Both the position numbers and the translations under genes were made by a program. Under the pieces are notes generated by a model that made no database searches, was not told the DNA's origin, and saw nothing but the letters and a program-made list of their open reading frames with translations. This document shows, one piece after another, positions 1 through 12,458 of a stretch of DNA of 64,000 nt (the stretch's first letter is position 1; every line of letters starts with the position of its first letter). Source of the stretch: Octopus bimaculoides (Eukaryota); the NCBI RefSeq assembly GCF_001194135.2, contig NC_068985.1, forward strand, positions 92,846,375 through 92,910,374. Direction: 5' to 3'.

Positions 1-1208
1 AAATATTCAAGTGAAATAACTTATGACCAGAACTAGCTTACTTGGGAATTGAGTACTTTTGATGCCACACATAGCATGATCCAATCATTTAGTTAGAGGA
101 ATGACATGAGATTTAGAAATTGATTTATTTTGTCCAACTGATCTAATCTACGAGGTGAAGCTTGTCTACTACTCACCACTTGCTCACTGTTTGTGTTGAA
201 GTCATTGTACTCTTACATCAGTTTGTATGACAGATATGTCAGTTCCTTAATTCTATGCTTGAGTTTCCTACAAGTAGAAGGTATTCAGCTGCATAAACAA
301 TTACTTCAGCTCACTCTAACATCCTTTTAAAGATGGAGAGAAAATTCTATTGGTATGTTTCCTCGCCATTAAAAATAATTCTGTTATTGTTTGTCAAAAC
401 GTTGTCTTTCATGAATTTCTAACAATTGATTAATCTATGTATCCATGTAATTAAATTTTAAGTTTGGTGAATATGAAATTATAAGTTCTGCTGTAATATA
501 TACACTTGTACTACTTTGTAGAGAAACTGCTTAGAGCAAAAATAAATTTATTCACACTCATTTTATTTTACTCAGTATCTTATTGGATTGAAAGAGTTAG
601 AGAGAATTTAGGATAAATAATTCAATGAATAAATACAAGAAAATGAAAAAAATGTACATTGCTATGATATATATAAAATATGACTGCGCTTATTTTTTGT
701 TCTACTGTAGTAATTATTGTTTCTGTAGAAAGCTTGCTCCAGGTACAGAGCATTATTCATTTCTTAATTAAAGTCAATACAGTTTGTGTTATTTGACACA
801 TATCACTGTTTCATTATCCAGTTGCATTATTTTCTTTATTTCATTAAAAAGAAAATTTATATTTCAAACTTTGTGTTGCATTTTTTGTTATTATTATTAA
901 TTAGACATGTAATGAAGTATTGTTAACTCAATAATTTGATAATGTTGATTGTGATCCTAGCTGTTGATGATAATTTTGTTGGGCAGGTTGATTTTAAGTC
1001 GGAGGAGTAGGGATGCATAAACACACACACACACACCAACATTTACATAGTGATTGAGCACTTGAAATAGAAAAAAAAAAATGTTTATCTTGAAATAATA
1101 AAATATCCAGTTTTCTAAATACAAATCCAATTAATTTCGACCATTTTCAATCCTTAGTACATTCAATAATGGGCTTGGAGTCTTATTGACATAATTCCTT
1201 TTTCAGCA

Positions 1209-1267
1209 TAGTGGTTAAGAGCGTGGGCTACTAACCCCAAGATTCCAAGTTCAATTCTAGGCAGTGA

Positions 1268-1308
<41 letters not shown>

Positions 1309-1459
1309 TCAAAAAATACCTTAGAAATGAGAACCAAGGTTTGAAATTTCCTCATCACACCTGATGAAGGCTGGAGGGTATATCAGTCGAAATGTTGTGT
1401 TAACAACAAACAAGATGAAGACAAATATCTGTCAAATGTAAATAATGTAAATAATGTAC
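1209..1459 (+). mobile_element. tRNA-headed SINE-like element carrying a hammerhead-ribozyme motif (family H, copy 1, 5'-truncated)
   Basis: A-box-like TAGTGGTTAAG, anticodon-like arm GTGGG-CTACTAA-CCCC, B-box-like AGTTCAATTC, (AAT)n spacer, hammerhead motif at 1357-1400 and a TGTAAATAA-repeat tail. Colinear with copies at 36201-36431 and 36433-36683. Confidence 0.85.
1357..1400 (+). ncRNA. Minimal type I hammerhead ribozyme motif, catalytic core intact
   Basis: ACAC (stem I) - CTGATGA (1361-1367) - A - GGCTG/CAGTC (stem II, 10-nt loop) - GAAA (1389-1392) - TG-T-T - GTGT (stem I'). Helix III differs from the inferred consensus palindrome AACGTT by one CpG-type transition. Confidence 0.65.
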
Positions 1460-2392
1460 TATTGAATGATGTTGTCACATTGGAGCTTTTAGAACCAGGT
1501 TTCAAGTACTCTGGAAATTGAGTCTTGTAGAATATCATTAGCAATAAGTCTACCTAGATCTTTCATTTAGGTTAAAACTCTCCACATTGTCTTATGTTTT
1601 ACTGTACCAAACATTGCCAGAACAGAATTGTTAATGCAAGCTAGTATTAGTTTAAAGAATTATAGATTTCAATCCATTTGGTAAATGGGATAGAATTCAC
1701 TTAGCTTTTCCTTCTCTTATTCAAAACACTCTTTTCATATAACTTATCTCCTGACTTATGCTGGATTAATTTTCATAATTTATGTCAGCAGTTTGCATGA
1801 ATATTTTCCTAAGGTTTTTCGTTTGTTTTTCTGTTAATTTCTTTATGGTAGCCTTCATTGTTTTACAATTTTTAACAATAGAACAAGAGGTAAGGAAACT
1901 TCTATTGATTTCTAATTGTGGCTATTACTCTTCAATGATTGCTATTGCGTTTGGGTTTAGCCTTTTCACATTTTACACATGCAACACTTTTTAAACTCTA
2001 CCAGACTTTATATAAAAAAACAACAAAAAACACATCCCCACTATTTTTACTCAATCCATGTAGCCTAATTGCATCTAAAATAAACAAAATTCCTAAAAAA
2101 AAAGGTCTTTTTGTTTTCTCATTGGGAACCAGTATTTTCACCAAGATAAATTTTTGATGTTTTTCCCTTGAGACACTTGCATTTTAATAACTTTTAGCAT
2201 CATAAATCATTCCTCTTGCTTTCTATTGATGTATTTGACAAGATAAATGTACAGAAAAATCTTGGTTCAGGGGTAAGGACAGGGCATGCACATGCCTAGT
2301 TTTAATTTCATCTTGATATCTCTAAAACAGAAAAACTGATATTAATGTCAAGAAATTGTATATTGAATTACCCAATATATTTTTGTATTTGA

Positions 2393-2428
<36 letters not shown>

Positions 2429-2579
2429 AACCTGATAGTTTATTCTATGGATGATGCTTTTAATCTGAATGACTGAATCACAGGCAGACTAAGAGAGAAA
2501 GCAGGCCTTGTATGTGAGAGATTCATTAGGGCAATATGTACTTAGAGTATATTAGACATAGATTCTCATAAGTGATTGG

Positions 2580-2818
2580 GTGGTTCACTTGAAGTAGTAA
2601 ATAGCTTCCATTACATTGTTGATACAATTAGCAATATCGTTCATGTCAGGTAGTTGTTCTGAAGGTAAAGTAGCTAAGATAATAAATGACTGGAAAAAAT
2701 TCAGAGAGCTGCTATCTCTGTTAAAAACAAAGGCATTCTCTCTCATACTGAAATGCAGAGTGTGTTGTTTTTGTGTTCAAACAGCAATGTTGCATGTTAG
2801 TGAAACATGGGCTCACCT
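2580..2818 (+). mobile_element. RTE-clade LINE fragment (region C-terminal to the RT domain), decayed
   Basis: Translation includes LEVVNSFHY and GSCSEGKVAKIINDWKKFRELLSLLKTKAFSL...AMLHVSETW, matching the typical RTE pattern SFCYLG..GG..GWKKFRELLP.L...FSL...ML.GSETW. Confidence 0.8.
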
Positions 2819-3079
2819 GTGATGCTATCTTGCTTGCCCATTGCCATATGACACTCCCTCTCTGCCTCTCTGTTCTCTCTCCTTAGCTTTTCCATCTCAA
2901 CACCCTCTCATCTCTTTGGCCTACTCTCATGCTTCCTGACATCTCCTTTCCAATGACAATCACCCTATGTCCCTCTTTTTCTCGTATACTCCTTCAGTTT
3001 GGCCCTTTAAGTTTTGCAAGTTTCAAGGCAACTTCACTAGTGCAAGTGCTACAAAAAAAAAAAAAAACACCCAGTACAC

Positions 3080-3205
3080 GCTATAAAGCAGATGGCGTCA
3101 GAGAAGGAGGCATCCTTAGAAATCCTGTCAAACAGACATAGTCCTCTGAGTCACTGGATCCTATTGAACCATCTGATCCAGGCTAGCATGGAGAGCAGAT
3201 TTCAA
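3080..3205 (+). mobile_element. RTE-type 3' tail fragment
   Basis: GGCGTCAGAGAAGGAGGCATCC...GCTAGCATGGAGAGCAGA resembles the tails at 46100-46245 and 62560-62680. Confidence 0.55.
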
Positions 3206-3234
3206 ATAGCTATGGGGATTATCATGAAGCTTAG

Positions 3235-3427
3235 TATACTCTTTTACTTGTTTCAGTCATTTGACTGCAGCTATGCTGGAGCACCACCTTTAGATGAGCA
3301 AATTGACCCCAGTACTTATTCTTTGTAAGCCTAGTACTTATTATATCCGTCTCTTTTGTTGAACCGCTAAGTTACGGGGACGTAAACACACCAGCATCGG
3401 TTGTCAAGCGATGTTGGGCGGTGGGGA

Positions 3428-3463
<36 letters not shown>

Positions 3464-3676
3464 NNNNNNNNNNNNNNNNNNNNNNATATATATATATACA
3501 CATATATATATACAACAGGCTTCTTTCAGTTTCCATCTACCAAACGCACTCACAAGGCTTTGGTCAGCCCGAGGCTATAGTAGAAGACACTTGCCCAAGG
3601 TGCCATGCAGTGGGACTGAACCCGGAACCATGTGATTGGTAAGCAAGCTGCTTACCACACAGCTACTCCTGCACCT
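3235..3676 (-). mobile_element. tRNA-derived SINE, family A, full length, with internal (CA)n/(TA)n tract
   Basis: Minus strand reads GCAGGAGTAGCTGTGTGGTAAG...GGGTTCAGTCCCACTGCATGGCACCTTGGGCAAGTGTCTTC... and ends ...GACTGAAACAAGTAAAAGAGTATA. Near-identical to 28831-29258 and 42731-43139. Confidence 0.9.
3464..3485. other. Assembly gap (N) inside the SINE-internal microsatellite
   Basis: Run of N between (CA)n and (TA)n. Confidence 0.99.
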
Positions 3677-4836
3677 ATATTTAAACATTCTAAGATATTT
3701 TGTTGAAATGGAATATTTGTATGTAATAGATAAGACAAAGTAGTGTATGTATGTGTGTGTAAAAGAGAGAAAGGGTCTCTTGCTCTCTCTCTCTCTCTCT
3801 CTCTCTTTATATATATATATGTAAAATCGTTATTCATTTACTTTTTGCTTTATTTTTAATGTTATCTCACTACGTTGGCCTGAGTTTGCAACATGGGATA
3901 GCTTGCATCATTTACTTTATTACAATATCATTCCCTTCTGTGAGTCCTTGCATTGTCAAATCTGATATTACATTTTCTGTTTCATGTCATTGTTGGTGTA
4001 TCTTTTCACTGCATACCATACACCATCAATCAGATAATGTAATTTTTTTTTCAACCAGCACACATCATTCATTTATATGCCTGTCCATCTACATCCAGTT
4101 TGTCTAGCTTCTCTAACATCATCAATTACTGCCTATATTACTGTGTCACTTTCTCAACTCATATTCTACTTGTAAATTGCTGTGTACATCCTGTGGGATA
4201 TGTCCAACATATTTGTCTCCGGTTGTTGCATACTCAATGCCTCTGTTTTATCATTGTACTTCTTATGCATGTCTTCTTAAATTTCAACAATGAAACAGAT
4301 GATGTACTCTAATTAGTATGTATTTTTTATTTTAAATATTGCAATGAAATCTCTTAAACATATCAGTTGCAATTTATTTTATAAAGCTGTTTACCAATGG
4401 TTGCGGAGAACAACCAAGGGTTTCATTATGATTTTTTCCTTTTTTTTTATGTTTTTAACTTCTAAGCCATTCATAATTGATTATAATCTGTGTATTGGAA
4501 ATAAGTTTGAACAACAGACATTGATTTCAGTTGACACACCACATGTTAATGGCCCCAGAGAAAGCTGATTATATGCTTGTTGGTGTTCTACACAATGCCC
4601 CAGTCTGTATTACTTTAATAACTAATTCTGGTTATCAACCCGATGTTTTGACAGTTGAACATGTTTAAACTTCTGCTTGGATAAGATTAAGAAATGTTCA
4701 ATATATTCTTCTGTTTTCTATTAAATACTACGCAATCAAAACTACATGCTTCCCATATTAGTGTTAGGTCTTTTATATCTCTCTGTCTCCATATATTACA
4801 TGCCTCATAGCTCTCCTTCTCAATATCTACTGGTTC

Positions 4837-4839
<3 letters not shown>

Positions 4840-4901
<62 letters not shown>
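4840..4901. repeat. Compound (TC)n(TA)n microsatellite
   Basis: Direct reading. Confidence 0.95.
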
Positions 4902-4903
<2 letters not shown>

Positions 4904-6045
4904 TACTGCTAATACCTTCCTTAAACTTTCTTTCTCTCCCTTTTGTACATTTCTCCATTTGTGTTCCTCTCTTTTGCATAACACTCTCTTCCCTCTTACA
5001 AACACACACACTTTGTATGTATGCCTGCTATGCATGCTGTTCTGTATTGTATCTAGTTATGAACCATGTTATAATACACACATCCTAATGCGGAGAATGT
5101 AATCATAAGATTATGTTGATGATAGAATAAATCTGATGAAGCAAACTTACATAACCTATGAAAGCATGGAAAATGAATGATGATTTCGATAATACTGGTT
5201 ATAGTCTCTGTGGATTGGATATTCACTTTCTTTGATTGGTATTAACAAGTAAAAAGAATAATATATAAAATTAATTTATAATCTTTTAATGGTTATTTCC
5301 ATCTTAATTATATTTGAAATAATGCAAAAATTATTAAATATAAAACAAACGTAAACAAGTAGATTGCATGTATTTCTTTTGCCTATTAATTGGATTTTAG
5401 CATTTCAATTAATTTTCCTTTAAAATTTGTTGAAATGTATTGTGCTGTTTTATGTCCATATACATAAATAACAATATCTGTGAAATATCTTGGAGGCTGA
5501 AAGATTACATAATCATTGATAACAAATCAAGTCTGTCTACAAGCAGAGCTCTCATGCGGAAGAATTTCTTCCACTCATATAAATCCAATGAGGAAGAAAT
5601 GATTTCAATTTGGCATTAGTTATCAAGTAGGGTTTGGTGGGTGTACACTGAAACTAAGACAAACATTGAATACAGCTTGGAAATAATTTAGCTGTTGTGT
5701 AGTTAATTGGAAAGAAATATTTCTACTTGTTTATTGCAAAACCATGCTTGATAATTAATGCTTTTAAAAATTGCTATCTGTTAAACATGTTCAGAAAGGC
5801 TAGTTTTGACTCTGTTACATTGTTGCTGTTTGTTGTGCAACATTACATTTAGTACTTGAGTTAATGTGTCTGCTGGCAACTGTTCCTATGCCATATCATT
5901 CTCATCACTTTTGTCATTGTCATCACAATAATCAGTTTTCTGTAAGTTTTTACAAGTACAGAGGGACAGGTCTGTAGCATATTTTTATTCTTCCTTAGTT
6001 AATCTCTTCACATTATATATATGTATATATATATATATATATATA

Positions 6046-6277
6046 NNNNNNNNNNNNNNNNNNNNNNNNNNNNNNNNNNNNNNNNNNNNNNNNNNNNNNN
6101 NNNNNNNNNNNNNNNNNNNNNNNNNNNNNNNNNNNNNNNNNNNNNNNNNNNNNNNNNNNNNNNNNNNNNNNNNNNNNNNNNNNNNNNNNNNNNNNNNNNN
6201 NNNNNNNNNNNNNNNNNNNNNNNNNNNNNNNNNNNNNNNNNNNNNNNNNNNNNNNNNNNNNNNNNNNNNNNNNNNNN
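6046..6277. other. Assembly gap flanked by (TA)n
   Basis: Run of N. Confidence 0.99.
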
Positions 6278-6319
<42 letters not shown>

Positions 6320-6529
6320 TATGTACTCTATCTCAGGTTTTCAATTATCATTCAGATGAAATGTTTATTGCTTGAAGGTAGTGGATACAGATGTAAAGGA
6401 TTTCCTCTTACTCTATCTTGTATAACCTTTCCCTCCACTGGCCATAAACACAAGCATTGCAAGGCATTGGGAATTATTTCCTCACGGCACACATAAGCTA
6501 TTACCTGTGAAAATATGACAAAGTTAGTG

Positions 6530-6640
6530 TCCATCAGTTGAGAAAAGCTTTTGACAATGTCTAACATGAGTGCATTTTGACAGGTTACATAATCAATGGC
6601 TACTTTCCTTTATCCACATGGACTCTGCACCTCCATACTT
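6530..6640 (+). mobile_element. Decayed non-LTR reverse transcriptase fragment
   Basis: Frame reads LRKAFDNV*HECIL, resembling the RT motif D.xKAFDxVxH. It contains a stop codon. Confidence 0.45.
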
Positions 6641-9600
6641 GCTGAAGATACCCTTCCTTTTTTTCATCTTTATCTACATCTATTCTTGTTTTTTTTTTTT
6701 ACCCTGTTTTTCCCACTGCACCTCTTTAGAATGTTGCATTTATTTCTTCATTCTGTCAAGCTTTAGATTTATTCTTAAACACTACATTATTTTTAAACTT
6801 TGTATTAATGATAACAATCTCAAATTCCTATCCACCCCAACTGGTTCTAGACAGCTCTCACTCACATGTTTTGAGCATTAAAATAACTTGCAGAAAGTTG
6901 CTGCTCAGATTTTTACCAAGAATGGTATGTGAGAAATATTACCTGGCATATTTATATCAGTTATGTATGTGCACGTAGTTTTCTTTTCTTTCCCTTTCTG
7001 TTTTGCTAGTTATTTATACTCTTGTCATTTGTTAAGTATAAGGTGTATTTTGTAAAGGATTGGATACAGGAGTTTGGAAACTGAAGCAGATTTGTACTTT
7101 GGAGGTAAGGTGCAGCCAGATGGAGAGCTGCCAATATGTTTCAGTGAATACATAACATATGTGACAAGTAATAAAAGGATATAGTTTTGTTTTCTCCATC
7201 TCAGGGATGGAGAAAATAATTCATGCAGGAACTGCATCTCATATTGTGTTCAAATGATATGATAGGTGTCTTTAATGATTGGACATCTAAATAGTAAAGT
7301 ATATATCTTCATTTCTTTTTGTTATTCTGGGGAACTTAGTCTAAGAATAACTACTTAAGATAGTTTTTGATGTTAATGTTCTGAAAATGTTAGCATTGTA
7401 AAAATAGTTGTAGAAAGTATTTCACAGTGCTCAGTTTGGGTTCTTTGTAAATACTGGGAGTGTTTGAAATGATTGAAAGAGAATAAACCTATATTAAGTA
7501 GGTTTATATGAAGACAGCAGAGTTAGAAAATTTATATTCTTACTGTTGCAGTACACTTCACAACGTTAAGTGTAAAAAGTCCTCGGTAAAACTTTATCCA
7601 TTGAAAATCACCTTTTGTTTTTACTATAGCGGTTCCATTCCACTATTTTGAATACTTTTTATTGATTTTTTTACCCACCTTTTTTCCCCTCCTTTCTACT
7701 GACGCCAGGTTGCTATATTTCATTCAGTTTACAAATTTCTGTTTCATTGTAACACTGTAAATCATTTTTAAGATTTTGTAGTATTTCTAAATTAAAAATA
7801 ATAAACTCAAGTAACTGCTGACATTTATTGCATATTTTTTCATCAAAATTTCACAGGAAAGAAAAGAAGAAAAAAAATGAATTATTATCCAACACCATTG
7901 TAGTTGGAATGTTTAGAAATCAAATCTCAGTATGCTTTCATTAGTCCAGCCACTTGTTAAGTACATGGCTATAATCATTTTATATGGAAAAGCTTTTGAA
8001 TGAAATGATATGAAGACATCTAGATTTTCATATTATTTATTCAATTATAACTAACATATTTATGGAATGGATTCGCAAATTTTATTTTATTTATCATAAT
8101 TTTAGATATATTTCTTCATAGTTCATATATTTATATTTATTCAACAAGTGAAAGGAAATTAAAGAAGAAAATAGTGTGTGGTAATGGCTTGTATATGCAT
8201 GCAGAATGCAAACGTATGTATTCATGTGGGTTTTATTATGATTTTAAAACTTTTTAAAATGAAGTGCAAATATATTGCTTATGGAAACCATCATGTATGT
8301 TTATATATTTTCCTAAAAATATACATTTAAAAGATGTTTCCAGCTTAAGTGAAAGGTTTGAACAATAAAATCTATGAAATATAATTTTCGAAAAAAAAAT
8401 CTATGCCTGTGATAGGAAATAAAAATTTGCAATTAACATTTGGATGATGACTAAGCAAAAATAATGAATGCTTGCTGAGGATTTTCAATAACGTTTGCCA
8501 ATCTTAAGAGAATGTTATGATACATTTTTTGCAATGAGGAAGAACTAATTTTCTCTTAAGTATAAACCAAGGAAATGTTTACAACATATTCTAATAAAAA
8601 GACGTGACGAATATTGTATCAGTATTTCTCCTTACATTTTTCTTATATTCACATATTTTAAAACTTTTGCATCATAATGGTTTTCTGTCTTCACATTTTC
8701 TGGCTGAATAGTTAGAATATAACCTCTATGAACTGCATTTTGCTTTTTCATCTTTTGTCAAAGGCTACATTTTTAGACTATTATTACTATGAACCAAAAA
8801 GTACATTGATCGTAGTTATGCCTAAGTATTTCAGTTTTTTTTTTTTAAGGTTCTCAATTTTTTAATAATCATGGTTTTTTTTTTTCTTAATGACTGGTGG
8901 AATTAAGGAAGCTTGGCCCTAATGCTTCCAACAGAATGAATTCTGCTAAAGGTACCTAAGGGTCAGGTGTCAATGTTAAACTAGGCAGCAGATTGAAGAC
9001 TGAGGAATGGGTCTTCAAGTACATTTCATAGTGTTTGTGTGTATAACATTTCATTGGGAGGTTATAGTAGAAAACACTTGGTGGTATTTTACACCCGTAA
9101 CCATTTATGAAGCAAACTTCTTAACTGTACTGTCGTTCCTGCATGTGTGTGTAAAAATAATTTTACTATTTTTGGTGTGAAATTGTTCTTCCTAGTGAGG
9201 TATATTGTGGTTGGCTGCATCTAGGTTTATCTATTGAATATGAACAAATTATAATGATGTGTGCATGATACTTATGTATGTTTTGGATTCTTGTACAATA
9301 AATGTGAAGTCGAGGTTTTTCCCTAAAAGTTTATGATTATGTAGCTGTTTATGTAACCTGTTTTATACCAACTTGCTTGAGACAGCCTTTGGCTCTATGA
9401 TACAGTTCTAACAATGTTCATATTTAAATTAAGATCTGAATTTTATGTTTGAACTTTTTTGTAAGGTATGTCCCAAATACTGGCTCAAATATGAAGTAGT
9501 TATTTTCCTAAATGCCATTAAATTCTTATTTCCAAAGACAATTGAAACATGTGGATAATATTGTCCTTTAAAAATATGGGCTGGAAAGAATCAAGTTCTG

Positions 9601-12298
9601 AAGTCCTTTTGCTGAATTTAGGAAAAACTAAACAATAATACTTGGTGGATAACAATAAACCCTAAAACATTACTGAGTAGTAAATGCAGAAAAGGTAATG
9701 TTGCATCCCTACCTAATCCAGAATATTTAGTACTTCATTAATTAGTAACATGACTATATTAATGATTTAGTCACTTATACTACAAGTAATATTGCATTTA
9801 TTAGTTTAAGTCTACATTGAATGACTTTTATTATATCGGTATATTTGTTTGAAAGACATCTTATTTGACAGTATTATGGGTTTTTTTTAGATTTTCTGAT
9901 TCATTTGTCATGGTTTTATATAAAAGAATTTACTACAAGATTTTTCTTCAGTCAATAGAAAACTAATTATTTTCATTTCCTTGTATAATTTATATTATTT
10001 TATAGAAAATTTATAAACGTCTTAAAAATAGTTGCCAAAATGATAAATTACTGAATGATAAAAGAAGCTATCCCCACTCATGCCACTTCTGATTCTAATT
10101 AAACTAACATTTCCCACTAATACATTTTAATATTAGTCTATTGTATTATTATTGTAAATCACACTGCAATGTTGATTTGTGTTCTAGTAATTATAATGGA
10201 AGCATGTATTCCAAAATTAGCTGTCTAAGTTGATATTATAAATATAAAGATATGTATTTTATATTTGATAATATCTCTGTTGGTGAAATCTATGAATTAA
10301 CACTATTCTTTATTGAAAGAAAAATGTATGAAATACATTATCATAGATTCTCATGTTACATTGCTGACTAGGTCTTTGGATTCACATCTGTTACATTATT
10401 AGTTATAACACCCATGAATTACCTCAATGTGTCTGTATGACTGCAGTTATACTTTGTCAGATAAAAATAGAGCTTTTTTTCTGACTTGAACGAGATCTAC
10501 AATAAGTTATTGGGGAATCCACAGCAAGCATTCAGTAATGTTGCTTACTTATTTAAATGGCAGACATTAGCTGTTTTAAGTAGAGTATTCAGCTGTGAAA
10601 ACCCCCTCAAAATTTGAGCATATATGTGAAATACAGTCTTCAACTATTCTAGAAATGTAGTAATTCTGGATAAGTCAGATGATGACAACCCAACTGAGTC
10701 ATGCCAGCATGATGTTATGTGTGTGGGTGTTTATGCCTCTTAGGCCAGTGCATAAGGCAGCATTGGACCATCTATAAAACTTATTTTTTCTGTAATTCTT
10801 AATGCTTCCATAATTCTTTCTGTCTAGTACATTCTTCTTACCCTCTTTACTATCAGCTATTATACTCCTCCCCTGGAAGCCATTTCTATTGCTATTTTGA
10901 TTTCCCTCAAAATAACCTGCTGTTTCATCCTACTCTTCCTACCCAGTTCCTTCTGATGTCATCACCCTCTCTTCCACTCCCCATCCTTTAGCTCTTGACT
11001 AAATGATCATGCCCCAGATTATATTGATCTCCTTTGGCACTTATTCCTCTCACACTCTCCTGGCCTCACTACTAGCACCATTCCCTATTGGCTTTTCCTC
11101 CTTGGTCAACATGTCTTAGCTATGAGTACTCTACAATCTCCTAATCATAAGGCATCTCACATTGGAGAGCCTACGGCTCTTGCTCCTCCCAAAGAAACAG
11201 GTGGTAAGACACTCTCTCTTGTATTCCTATCTTAAAATAAACCCAATACACTAATAAAGTGGAGGTTATCCAGTTCAAGAAACCATACAGACTGACATTG
11301 CAAGAATCATTCTACTAAAATAACAGCCCCCAGTAGGATATTCCAGCATGGAAATTAAACATAAAAAATGAAAATGGGTACCTGTGTGTGTGAAGATTGA
11401 TAAATCAGATAATCATAAATTTCTCTTTCGTGTTGGATGTAAAGAGAAATGCATTCCTTCTTTAAGTGCAATTAATATTTATGTAATAGATTGTAATTGA
11501 TGATATAGTGAATTCTAATGTGAGGCATTTATACCTACAAATTTGTTTCACATTCAAATTAACTTCTGAAAATATTTCTCTGTGATAAGTAGGCCTACTG
11601 AAATTAGTAGATATTGTTTGATTAATATATATTTTCAAAGGTTAATAATGAATTAGAAATATATCATATCAATATAAACATGAGAGTAATTCAATTGCTG
11701 TGCATCATATTATGTAGTTTGCTATCTGAAAATGGTATGTAATTGAGTGGAATCCTAGGCAGAGTGCCATACAATTTTGTGGCTGTGTGAAGGCTGAAAT
11801 ACTACTTATTTAATCAGTCTAAACTATCTCCTCACTCCCATTGCAATATGGATACTTTCCAAATGGTCAACACCCTTCTACATACTGATTAATGCCTTTA
11901 CATTGCTGATATGTTGCGAACCAATGTGTATGAGACTGTATTTACTGTAGTTAGAATATTTTATAAAAGAAATTACTTAGATTACTTTATTATACAGCCA
12001 AAATCTAAATCTTGTTTTGTCTTGCTGTGTGCGTTTTTGTGTGTGATGTTTCATGAATTTTTAAAGAATGGACTTGGCTCTACAGACAACATGGTTCATA
12101 CTAAACTTTGATTAACCAAGTAGGAAAAGCTGTGTTAAATATATTTTTGTATATTTTCTTTTAACTCTGTATTTGTATTTCTTATATATGAAATATTCTA
12201 AATATAATGCTGAGAAAAGTTACAAGTTTATATGAGGGTTTATTTCTGCTTTGTTTGGAGTCAAGCAGGCAAAGAAAACGATAACTCATCAATGTTGA

Positions 12299-12458
12299 TG
12301 TGTTCATGTCCCTGTAACTTAGCAGTTCAGCAAAAGAGACTGATAGAATAAGTACTAGGCTTACAAAGAATAAGTCCTAGGGTCGATTTGCTCAACTAAA
12401 AGCAGTGCTCCAGTATGACTGCAATCAAATGACTGAAACAAAAGAATAAAAGAGTATA
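12299..12458 (+). mobile_element. SINE family A, 3' half
   Basis: TGTTCATGTCCCTGTAACTTAGC...AATAAGTACTAGGCTTACAAAGAATAAGTCCTAGGGTCGATTTG...GACTGAAACAAAAG...AGAGTATA is the reverse complement of the 3' part of 3235-3676. Confidence 0.85.

Noticed and set aside
42-290. Minus-strand near-ORF KLKHRIKELTYLSYKLM*EYNDFNTNSEQVVSSRQ with a GTGAGT donor at about 171
   Set aside because: All frames between the acceptor and the donor contain stops; probably a decayed repeat or chance.
729-742. 14-nt + strand microexon candidate (TTTCTGTAG|AAAGCTTGCTCCAG|GTACAG)
   Set aside because: The donor is only moderate and nothing else supports it.
7190-7216. Perfect 11-bp hairpin (and a 9-bp hairpin at 59902-59928)
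   Set aside because: Stems of this length are expected by chance in 64 kb of AT-rich DNA, and no context supports a function.
8896-9026. Two hairpins followed by ACA, resembling an H/ACA snoRNA
   Set aside because: There is no ANANNA box in the hinge, the pocket is very asymmetric, and the second hairpin is too short.
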